Source of the DNA: a virus | Taxonomy: Duplodnaviria > Heunggongvirae > Uroviricota > Caudoviricetes | Reading direction: 5' to 3' (one strand) | IMG/VR virus record: IMGVR_UViG_3300043172_000799 | Span: 92,944-156,943 of that record | DNA length: 64,000 bases | Shown here: positions 36,449 to 44,164 of the stretch, piece after piece | Layout: the number at the start of each line of letters is the position of its first letter | Position numbering within the stretch: position 1 is the stretch's first letter | Program-made: the position numbers and the translations under genes | Notes under the pieces: generated by a model | The model's database searches: none | What the model was told of the DNA's origin: nothing | Seen by the model: only the letters and a program-made list of their open reading frames with translations

Positions 36449-37174
36449 TTACTCCTCCATATCACAATTAACCAAATTATCTATAACATTTGGTTCTTTT
36501 GAAAATATAGGTGCTTCATTTAAAAACTCCCATCCATTCTCAGTCTTTACACAGAAATTTCCATTCTTCCATTTATCTTTGTAGTCTTCCCATGTAATTT
36601 GGTGCTCATCCCACAACATCTGTTTGATGTCATTAGTATTCTTTTTATGCATTTTACTATGAGAGAACACAGATTGTCCTGCAAGCTGAATGGAATTCCT
36701 TTTCCAATCCATACTTCTCCACACAAAATAATTATTCACTTCTTCACGGGGAATGTTGAATACTCTGCTATCGAAATAAGCAGTCTTTGAGGAATTATAT
36801 ATACTGCTGTAGTAATGATTAAACTCCGCAGTAGCAATAGAAGCAGAGACACTACACATCTTCTGTATACCATAATCAAACCATGCATCCGTTGTAAGTT
36901 TGTCATAATCTGTGATTAGAATGGAAATTTCATCTGATTGCATATATGCACATTTAGCTCCCTGAATTTCTTCACAAAGCTTGATGGTGGTTGCTCTCAT
37001 CATAGCATTTAAATTTTCATCGAACGGTCTATCCATACCTTTTGTAATAGAATGAAAGCACTTCCCATCTAAGCGACAGATAACTGGTGTTCTCCTAGTT
37101 AAATACGTTCTAGCTCTCTTTTCATAATTATCTTTCATTCTATCTGCAATTTGTGTTTTATCCATCGACCTCAA
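36449..37174 (-). CDS. Thg1-like protein (tRNA-His guanylyltransferase family, 3'-5' nucleotide addition)
   Basis: 'RTPVICRLDGKCFHSITKGMDRPFDENLNAMMRATTIKL...AYMQSDEISILI' is collinear with Thg1 'IVVRIDGKKFHEF...KPNDENALKLMNACA...AFGESDEYSFIL'. Confidence 0.75.
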   Translation of the reverse strand: MRSMDKTQIADRMKDNYEKRARTYLTRRTPVICRLDGKCFHSITKGMDRPFDENLNAMMRATTIKLCEEIQGAKCAYMQSDEISILITDYDKLTTDAWFDYGIQKMCSVSASIATAEFNHYYSSIYNSSKTAYFDSRVFNIPREEVNNYFVWRSMDWKRNSIQLAGQSVFSHSKMHKKNTNDIKQMLWDEHQITWEDYKDKWKNGNFCVKTENGWEFLNEAPIFSKEPNVIDNLVNCDMEE

Positions 37175-37478
37175 ACTCCTTTTTTAATTCTGAATACTCA
37201 AATCTTCTCTTTTCTTTTTCTCGATCTTCCCTTATCTGCGCATTCTTCATTCTGCTTTCATATTCTGTATCAGTTTCAAGACGTTTGCCCCACAGTTGTA
37301 AATTAGAGCTATCCCAACTATCTTCAGTATTTACGTAAATGGAGTTAATCTTTCCGGCATGTTTATTTAGGATGGTGTCACAGTATTCCTTTATCTCTTC
37401 TAATGTTTTACCATCTAATTCAGAGGTAAAATCCCCTGATAGCATTACTGCTGTCTGTAGTCTAGGCATTACATCCAC
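37158..37478 (-). CDS. hypothetical protein
   Basis: 106-aa ORF. Confidence 0.3.
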   Translation of the reverse strand: MDVMPRLQTAVMLSGDFTSELDGKTLEEIKEYCDTILNKHAGKINSIYVNTEDSWDSSNLQLWGKRLETDTEYESRMKNAQIREDREKEKRRFEYSELKKEFEVDG

Positions 37479-37637
37479 CCTAGTAGCAACGGACTTAAAA
37501 AGAAAATACTACATAGCACAGCCCAACATATAAGTAATGTTAGTATTCCTCTATCTATCCTTCTGACTTGTTTCATAACGAATTTTCCAAATTTAGAAAA
37601 ATCTATTTCAATCGTAACTTCTTTCATTGGTTCCTCC

Positions 37638-38141
37638 TTAAAATCCAAATACTTCATCAAATGTATACTCATACAGTACATTCTGGTAGATACTAACAGA
37701 GCCATGTTGAGCACTATAGTTTACATTATTATATCTCACTGTCAAGTGATTACCTATCCCACCATTCACCACAGTACGACCAGTGGTGCCATTAGATAAT
37801 ACGTAGTCTGTCGTATCTACAATAACCAAACTCATCTTAATCCCAAGTGCTTCCTTAGCAATGCACATGAAAATTAAACTAAACTCATCACAGTCACCAA
37901 AGCCTCGCATAACAGCTACTCTAGGGGAATCTATTTGCTCTCCTATATCCGACTTATAAGTTATAAGTCTTCGATTCATATCTCCTATCTGCTTGAAGTT
38001 ATGCACTTCACTTAGATCATATTCTGCAAAATCATAATATTCCACATCGTCTAAAAAACTATACATGGCCATATCAATAAAGTTGAGCATACGACAGCCA
38101 CTAAGAGATACAAGTACAACTAAAATAATAATTTTTTTCAT
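37638..38141 (-). CDS. lipoprotein with transglutaminase-like Cys-protease core
   Basis: Start refined to 'MKKIIILVVLVSLSGC' (AGGAGG 6 nt upstream; lipobox LSGC). 'GDCDEFSLIFMCIAKEALG' resembles the transglutaminase-like catalytic Cys region. Confidence 0.4.
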   Translation of the reverse strand: MKKIIILVVLVSLSGCRMLNFIDMAMYSFLDDVEYYDFAEYDLSEVHNFKQIGDMNRRLITYKSDIGEQIDSPRVAVMRGFGDCDEFSLIFMCIAKEALGIKMSLVIVDTTDYVLSNGTTGRTVVNGGIGNHLTVRYNNVNYSAQHGSVSIYQNVLYEYTFDEVFGF

Positions 38142-38160
38142 ATTATTCCTCCTAAGTACT

Positions 38161-38189
38161 ATACTACTACATATTTGGAGTTTTGTCAA
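38161..38189 (-). promoter_or_regulatory. putative promoter (TTGACA-17-TAGTAT)
   Basis: Minus strand TTGACA 38189..38184. -10 TAGTAT 38166..38161. Upstream of the lipoprotein gene. Confidence 0.3.
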
Positions 38190-38557
38190 GTGCTATTCTC
38201 CCCATGATACAAACAATCTTCGCTAACCCATTTCCAGTCTATCCCAATAAGCTCCCTATTATCCATTTTTGGACAAGTACAGCCAGATAATTTCAGCCAA
38301 TAAGTATGGTAGTTTTTGTCTCTATCAAAACCCCATGCATCTTGAAGTGTAAATTCCAAATCAGTTAATCTTTCTAATATCACTTTAGCTTTGAAAGATG
38401 TTAATAGTTTTGCTTCTGCAAGAGTTTTATCCATATCCAGCAGGATACGAATTTCAATTCTAATCTCTATAATTTTAGGAAGACTCTCCCAGACATTGTT
38501 CTTCTCTAAAAGTCTTTCATTTACATTTAATATGTGCCCTTTATATACTATTTCCAT
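38186..38557 (-). CDS. hypothetical protein
   Basis: 123-aa ORF. Confidence 0.35.
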   Translation of the reverse strand: MEIVYKGHILNVNERLLEKNNVWESLPKIIEIRIEIRILLDMDKTLAEAKLLTSFKAKVILERLTDLEFTLQDAWGFDRDKNYHTYWLKLSGCTCPKMDNRELIGIDWKWVSEDCLYHGENST

Positions 38558-39103
38558 TTATTTATCCTCTAACATATTTCTGGCATTATTTAGTTCCTCA
38601 GCAGTATGAGGTGTACCTGTTCCGTTCAAACTTAAATAAAGCTCAATAGCTTCTTTCTCGGACTTAACTTTAAGCATATGTACTCTAAAATCTACACAAC
38701 CCCTAATCTCATACTCATCTGCAAATCTCCCAAAAACTTTTATTTCATGTTTGAGAAATCTACGTACAGCCGTTGTTCTCTGTAATCCATCAATTAAATA
38801 TAGTTTAACATGGAAGTCTTTATTACTACCAAACTCATTGAAATATTGCTCTGCTATAATAACTTCTGTAGCTGAACCACCCTGTAAGGGGGCTGTAAAG
38901 CAGTACTCAATGTAGGCAATTTGCTGTTCCTCTGTCCAAACGTGACCTCTTTGCCATTCTGGTACAATATATTCTACATAAGATTTGTCTTCTTTTTCAA
39001 AAGCAAAGCTAGTAGAATCATCTTCAAACTTCCATCTAAAGGAACACCCATTCCACGTCCAATTTAAGTTGGGTTGAAGATCTCTCACATTTATCTTACC
39101 CAT
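38558..39103 (-). CDS. DUF262 / ParB-like nuclease-domain protein (GmrSD N-terminal domain family)
   Basis: 'EWQRGHVWTEEQQIAYIEYCF' and 'LIDGLQRTTAV' match the two DUF262 signature blocks (QR..vW...q...LI.S and DGQQR). Confidence 0.55.
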   Translation of the reverse strand: MGKINVRDLQPNLNWTWNGCSFRWKFEDDSTSFAFEKEDKSYVEYIVPEWQRGHVWTEEQQIAYIEYCFTAPLQGGSATEVIIAEQYFNEFGSNKDFHVKLYLIDGLQRTTAVRRFLKHEIKVFGRFADEYEIRGCVDFRVHMLKVKSEKEAIELYLSLNGTGTPHTAEELNNARNMLEDK

Positions 39104-39104
39104 T

Positions 39105-39269
39105 ATTTTATTCCCTTGATTGCTTTCTCAATCTTATTCCAAAGCTTTGCTTCCGATCTTTCATTGATATAAAGAATGGGCTTTCCATTTATCTTAATAA
39201 CGAAAAGAGGATCTTCATCATTTTTTATTTCTTTTGTATTATGTTTCTTTACAGTAATTGTTCTTGCCA
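39105..39269 (-). CDS. 54-aa hypothetical protein (not in ORF track)
   Basis: ATG 39269 with GGAGGA 5 nt upstream. Stop overlaps the DUF262 start (TAATG). Confidence 0.3.
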
Positions 39270-39370
39270 TCTATTCCTCCGTTATATCTGTCTCTTCCCA
39301 TTTATCTGCTTTCTCCAAACTATCCTTCCTTCTACCAAACTCGGTTAATTCTCTTTCCTCTCCACAAGCA

Positions 39371-40231
39371 CTACATCTCTTCACTTATCAGCCTCTCCTT
39401 GCTGTACTTCCACAACACTTTAACTGGATACTCGCCCTGAAGAGTTCCAGGTAGTGGGATCATAGCATTCTTGTTTACAACTACCTCATAACTCTTTTCC
39501 TTAGTAATGACCTTCTCATCTGTTCTTTCTATTGGATACATATCTTTAGCTTTTGGGCTATTACACAAACATGTCCACAATATTCCCAGTCCCTCATTGC
39601 AAATTTTATACGGATCAAAATCCAAAGTATTTCTGTCCAGCAATAAATGAAATCCAGATTTTGTATCTATCCAGAAATATCTGAGTTTGGTTCTTTCTAA
39701 ATATTCCTCTAACAATTCTGGAGCATTAAAATCGTCTGGCACATCAAAATCAATATCAAGCCAATGCTTTGTACCTCTATTTCTTTGGTAACAATTCATT
39801 AGCTCCACATCTAGTTTATTGAACTTATCTTTGAAGCTGATTGCATTATTACTAGACAATTCGTATTGCCAATCATTCACCTTCCGATTAAACTCTTGTA
39901 AAGACTTCAATGAATTACTGGGATTAATATTAAAGTAAATCACCATACATTTAGCAGGAATAGGTAGCGCATTCTTTGATAAATACCCTCCTTCAGCTAC
40001 TTCATACTTTCTAATTGTTCTTAGAAATCTAGTCCATTCCCGTTTTCTCACAATAGCTCTACCAAACATCTCAGCTCTAGTGATGTGAAATTTCTCTCTT
40101 TCTTCTGCATTTAAGTATTTCTTCCTACAAGAAAGTGAGAGGAAGAACACTTCAAAATCTTTCAATTCAGGAACTATTTTAGTATAAAATTTAAACAGCT
40201 CCTCTTCATCGTAAATAAAACTATAGTTCAT
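39371..40231 (-). CDS. hypothetical protein; weak archaeo-eukaryotic primase (AEP)-like motifs
   Basis: 'HWLDIDFD' (hhhDhD) followed by 'TKSGFHLLL' (sGxxHhh) and 'LDFD', in AEP order. Fold not established. Confidence 0.3.
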   Translation of the reverse strand: MNYSFIYDEEELFKFYTKIVPELKDFEVFFLSLSCRKKYLNAEEREKFHITRAEMFGRAIVRKREWTRFLRTIRKYEVAEGGYLSKNALPIPAKCMVIYFNINPSNSLKSLQEFNRKVNDWQYELSSNNAISFKDKFNKLDVELMNCYQRNRGTKHWLDIDFDVPDDFNAPELLEEYLERTKLRYFWIDTKSGFHLLLDRNTLDFDPYKICNEGLGILWTCLCNSPKAKDMYPIERTDEKVITKEKSYEVVVNKNAMIPLPGTLQGEYPVKVLWKYSKERLISEEM

Positions 40232-40240
40232 TTTCTCCCC

Positions 40241-40717
40241 CTAATCAAACCATGTGCTTTTGATATTATTGTCAACAATGAACTTAGAGAATACCTCAAA
40301 ACCTTTCCATGTATCAATATGGTAGGTATCAATAAAGAAGTCTTCGGGATTAGTTTCTAATAATTTATTTTCCCGAATTTTGCAAATTTTATCTAAATCC
40401 TTTAAGGGAGTTCCTTGCTCAAGTAATTCATCCAAGTATTTCATTATAGCTTTATTAGAGCCTCTAGTCTCAGAAGGGGAAATGTTACAGCCATGTCCAT
40501 CAGCTCTTATTTCTAGTGCTTTTTCTACACTATTAAACAGCTTCAGAGCTTTAGTCACAGGCATCTGCCCGTAGATTACCATGTAATAGTTCTGGAAATG
40601 TGCTGTAAAACCGTTTAAGGCATATACATCAATAGATGAACCTATTGGCATATAGTAGTGTTTCTTCCAACCACTAGCTTTCATTAATGTTTTAAATGTA
40701 TATGTGTCTTTTCTCAT
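40241..40717 (-). CDS. hypothetical protein
   Basis: 158-aa ORF, ATGA-coupled to the HD hydrolase gene. Confidence 0.35.
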   Translation of the reverse strand: MRKDTYTFKTLMKASGWKKHYYMPIGSSIDVYALNGFTAHFQNYYMVIYGQMPVTKALKLFNSVEKALEIRADGHGCNISPSETRGSNKAIMKYLDELLEQGTPLKDLDKICKIRENKLLETNPEDFFIDTYHIDTWKGFEVFSKFIVDNNIKSTWFD

Positions 40718-41292
40718 TTTGTCATCCTTATATCCATGTAGTCTACGTCAATCCTGTATCTCTCAGCTAGCCAATTCACATGAGAAGCAATCCGATATGC
40801 AAACAGTTTATGAATGTGATCAGGATTATGCCCAATTCTATTCTGGTATACAGAAGAAATTAAAGCTTCTGTATCTATTACATACTTTGTGATAAACTTC
40901 AAAGGGATTCCATTCATTTCTAGAAACTGTACATTATGAAGTCTATCCACTAACTTAATTGTGAGAGCATCATCAGACATTCTCATCATTTTATCATATA
41001 AATATTCCAGTTTGGTTATTCCTTTGGGAATGATGGAAGTAAGTTCATCAACTAAGTTTCCCACTTTACTTCCAAATTCTTTATGGATCATTTCAGAAGT
41101 GATGTCAGTGTCTTCCACTACATCATGGAGCAATCCTGAAGCAACCAAGACGGGATCTTTCGTGAAATCTTCTAATATTCTAGCTACGAATTTAGGATGA
41201 ATAAAGTAAGGTAATTCCACCCATTTTCTTTCCTGTCCTTCGTGTGCTTCCTGAGCAAATGTGTATGCTCTATTTACCAAATTTTTTAACAT
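40714..41292 (-). CDS. HD-domain small alarmone ((p)ppGpp) hydrolase, RelA/SpoT-type
   Basis: 'FAQEAHEGQERKWVELPYFIHPKFVARIL...VASGLLHDVVEDTDITSEMIHKEFGSKVGNLVDELT' matches the SpoT/Mesh1 HD hydrolase consensus 'A..aH.GQ.Rk.G.PYi.Hpl.VA.iL......aALLHDvvEDT..t.eei...FG..Va.lV'. Confidence 0.75.
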   Translation of the reverse strand: MLKNLVNRAYTFAQEAHEGQERKWVELPYFIHPKFVARILEDFTKDPVLVASGLLHDVVEDTDITSEMIHKEFGSKVGNLVDELTSIIPKGITKLEYLYDKMMRMSDDALTIKLVDRLHNVQFLEMNGIPLKFITKYVIDTEALISSVYQNRIGHNPDHIHKLFAYRIASHVNWLAERYRIDVDYMDIRMTK

Positions 41293-41326
41293 TAAATACC
41301 TCCTAGATAATCTCTATTCTCTTGTT

Positions 41327-41911
41327 TCAAAATTCCCTCACTATAATCTCATATATTTCTTTCCAGTTATCTACTCTCTGCATACCATTAATTACCGCAG
41401 GATAATCCTTATTATGCCCCTGATTAAATAATATCCTTCTTCCATTAAACTCTTCCATATTTAATGGTCTATCGTCTACTATAAAATCCCCAGACACCAG
41501 ACTTTTATTAGTTCCAAAGAAGAAGTTCCTACTATCCAAGAATGGAAAATGACGTTCAAGCCACTTAACTTTATATGGTGCAATATCCCAGTTCCCTGAT
41601 ATAGAGGATACTACGAATATTTCCACCATCTTTTCCAAATACCCAACAATTTCTATAGCATCATCCATTGGCAACATATTATCCCACAGAGTTGTTACTA
41701 CTCCATATCTGTTTTCTTCTGGCTTCAAATAAGTGTAGATAGTATTCCCACATTTAGGTTTGGTGAACTTAGCTATATCCCAATCTGTGATTATCTTAGT
41801 ATCCAAGTTATCATCCCAGACATTGTTGTATACTGCTATCCATGGGGTAAGTAAATCTCCCAATGTATCATCGAGATCCAAGATCAATCTTTTTCTTTTC
41901 ATCCATCCCAC
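41327..41911 (-). CDS. HAD-family 5'(3')-deoxyribonucleotidase-like phosphatase
   Basis: Motif I 'LILDLDDTL'. Motif IV-like 'FIVDDRP'. Confidence 0.45.
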   Translation of the reverse strand: MGWMKRKRLILDLDDTLGDLLTPWIAVYNNVWDDNLDTKIITDWDIAKFTKPKCGNTIYTYLKPEENRYGVVTTLWDNMLPMDDAIEIVGYLEKMVEIFVVSSISGNWDIAPYKVKWLERHFPFLDSRNFFFGTNKSLVSGDFIVDDRPLNMEEFNGRRILFNQGHNKDYPAVINGMQRVDNWKEIYEIIVREF

Positions 41912-42363
41912 TCCACTAATGTAATTTCAATATCAGGTGTTACCTCATTGATTATCTCTTTGATTTTATTCCAATTCCCACCGGCTAATCCAGCACCTAT
42001 TTTAGGTATCCCAACTACGTCTCCTCTAAAGTCATAATTAATAGTGGTAAATACTTCTCGTATAGCCATATAGTCAACTGGCTTTTCACCTCTATAGTCA
42101 TATTGTGTATAGGCATTGATTACTAGAAGATTCCCAACTGTCCCTAAATAATTAGTAAAAGCACAAGTATACGTCCCAAGTTTGTCTTTATCTCCTTTTT
42201 TTGAGTCCTTATCAATCTGGTAAGCATCTGGAAAATTTCTCTTAATTCCAAAGGCAATTCCCTTGCCCATTGTGCAAAAGCAATTACTCCCATGTACAAT
42301 GATATCAAAATTTCCCTGTTTCGCCAATTTTATTAAATCACCCTTTATTACTTTAGTTATCAC
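41899..42363 (-). CDS. macro-domain protein (ADP-ribose binding/processing)
   Basis: 'FDIIVHGSNCFCTMGKGIAFGI' matches 'VNAAN..L..GgGVa.AI'. 'GIPKIGAGLAGGNW' matches the macro 'iafPaIsTGiyG.p' block. Confidence 0.65.
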   Translation of the reverse strand: MITKVIKGDLIKLAKQGNFDIIVHGSNCFCTMGKGIAFGIKRNFPDAYQIDKDSKKGDKDKLGTYTCAFTNYLGTVGNLLVINAYTQYDYRGEKPVDYMAIREVFTTINYDFRGDVVGIPKIGAGLAGGNWNKIKEIINEVTPDIEITLVEWDG

Positions 42364-42948
42364 TTAGTACTCCTTTCTTTTCCACTCTAGCATTACAGCA
42401 CTCACTACATGTCCTCTATGCCAATTTGTAACCCTTTCTCGATAATTGTTTCTATCTCTCGTAGATTCATTTCTGCCTTTCTGTTTAAAGTCGGCTACAA
42501 AGTAATCACCAACTTCCTGTGATTCAAATATATTTTTAGTTATATAAATGTACCTAGTTAGTATTTTATCTTTTATCTTTTGAGATGGGGATGTGATAAA
42601 TAAAATAAAATCCTCACCATCAAAATGCTTCACTACACAATATTCATAGTGATCAAAAACCTGTCTGCTACGTGTAACTATATTCCCATCGGAATCTGTA
42701 GTTACATAAAACTCAGTTCTGGTTACTGATTTTGAGTCTTCAATATAACCAACATGTTCTTCATCATATAATCGTTCTTTTATTGTCCCTTCTTTTATAG
42801 GAAGCTCAAAAAACCGAACAAACAGAAATGTTACCAAACTTATAACAGCTAATATACTGCATATAATGGCTATAGTTTTCCCATAGTTTCTAAAAAATCT
42901 TTTAATATCTTCTCCTGTAATTTCAATTTCAACTTCGTTTTTACTCAT
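42364..42948 (-). CDS. membrane-anchored hypothetical protein
   Basis: TM 'TIAIICSILAVISLVTFLFV' near the N-terminus. Confidence 0.35.
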   Translation of the reverse strand: MSKNEVEIEITGEDIKRFFRNYGKTIAIICSILAVISLVTFLFVRFFELPIKEGTIKERLYDEEHVGYIEDSKSVTRTEFYVTTDSDGNIVTRSRQVFDHYEYCVVKHFDGEDFILFITSPSQKIKDKILTRYIYITKNIFESQEVGDYFVADFKQKGRNESTRDRNNYRERVTNWHRGHVVSAVMLEWKRKEY

Positions 42949-42974
42949 TTTTTTACTCCTTGTGTTTAATACTG

Positions 42975-43358
42975 CTACAGTAATTTATACTCACTAGTCA
43001 TATCCTTTACAAGAATACTTCTATAGGGACCAATGGCTATGCATGTCACAGTTGGTATTCCATGAAACTCTGTCTTGCCACAGTCAGTTATGATGGCATA
43101 TGGTATATCTAATCTCTTGGCTCTTTCTGCTAAAGAGTGGATATCAGACTCGGAATCACATCCCAATACTATTTTGGTAAAGATACCATTAATCCACTCC
43201 TTCTGCTCAGGAGTGACTGATATTATTAAGCAGTCATCTTCTAGCCAATTACCCTGATCTAAAATTACCTTCATGGAAGCATGTGCTACCTGAGATGCTA
43301 TTTTACCTTTTCTCATTTTAAGATCTTTTCTTACCACTATGGTCTGTTGTGTTAGCAT
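42975..43358 (-). CDS. peptidyl-tRNA hydrolase, PTH2 family
   Basis: 'QTIVVRKDLKMRKGKIASQVAHAS...GIFTKIVLGCDSESDIHSLAERAKRLDIPYAIITDCGKTEFHGIPTVTCIAIGP' is collinear with PTH2 '[25 protein letters not shown]...KVVLKV.dee.L..l...A...gLp..li.DAGrTqi..gs.TVLgiGP'. Confidence 0.85.
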   Translation of the reverse strand: MLTQQTIVVRKDLKMRKGKIASQVAHASMKVILDQGNWLEDDCLIISVTPEQKEWINGIFTKIVLGCDSESDIHSLAERAKRLDIPYAIITDCGKTEFHGIPTVTCIAIGPYRSILVKDMTSEYKLL

Positions 43359-43588
43359 TTATTCACTCCAATACTAAATATTTTCCCATCTTTTGGCAAG
43401 CCCAATTCCTCCCGTGAGTAACGTGTATTGAAATACGCTGTCACTTCACTAGGATTATCTGGATTACCATAAACAGGGTGATTGTATCTTGCCTCCGCAG
43501 GAAATCCTGCTTTACATAAGGAGCAGTCTATTTCTTCATTATTTATTTTTAGTTTTTTAATCCAAGGTATTTTATAATCATATTCCAT
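43352..43588 (-). CDS. hypothetical protein
   Basis: 78-aa ORF. Confidence 0.3.
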   Translation of the reverse strand: MEYDYKIPWIKKLKINNEEIDCSLCKAGFPAEARYNHPVYGNPDNPSEVTAYFNTRYSREELGLPKDGKIFSIGVNKC

Positions 43589-43596
43589 TTTGGCTC

Positions 43597-44031
43597 CTAA
43601 TCTAATATTCCATTTTTGATTTCTGTATACACTTCCAGATCGTTCTTTTTGGCTAGGCTTTCCATATATATTTTAGCCTTATCCTTATGCTCATATTGCC
43701 AGTATTTTTCAGTGGCTAGATCAAATACAGAACTTAGAAACTGTGGTCTAATTGTGATGCAAGTAAGTCTAAGTTGTCCTGCAAAATGCAGAATTACCCA
43801 ATTTCTTCTTGGCTTTAACTTGTCAATCCTATTGAAAATGTTAGAAAGTTGAGAAAAGATAAACTTGGTGAGACATTTCCCAACATCAGTATTTCCTTTC
43901 TTGATTTGGTCTTTTTTGTAAAATTCATATTGCTTCATCACTTTAGGCGTGCTCCATTCTGTTCCCATAAAAAACTCCTCATACCATACTTTATTAGAAG
44001 CATAGCACAAGGAGTATCTTTTGTCAAGCAC
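43597..44031 (-). CDS. hypothetical protein
   Basis: 144-aa ORF. Confidence 0.35.
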   Translation of the reverse strand: MLDKRYSLCYASNKVWYEEFFMGTEWSTPKVMKQYEFYKKDQIKKGNTDVGKCLTKFIFSQLSNIFNRIDKLKPRRNWVILHFAGQLRLTCITIRPQFLSSVFDLATEKYWQYEHKDKAKIYMESLAKKNDLEVYTEIKNGILD

Positions 44032-44164
44032 TTAATTAAATGTTTCAAAGAAAAGTTTCTTGAATGTAGAAAAGTTGGAGGCTTTGAATTTCAGATTAAC
44101 TACCACACTTAATTCCTCATCACCAACACACTTCTCCTATTTTTGCTAATAACATGCAAGTATA

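Noticed and set aside
3466-38189. Track start codons at 3468, 16755 and 38189
   Set aside because: These are TTG codons translated as Met by the track. For 16755 and 38189 a downstream ATG with a strong RBS is a better start, and the TTGs fall inside the predicted promoters.
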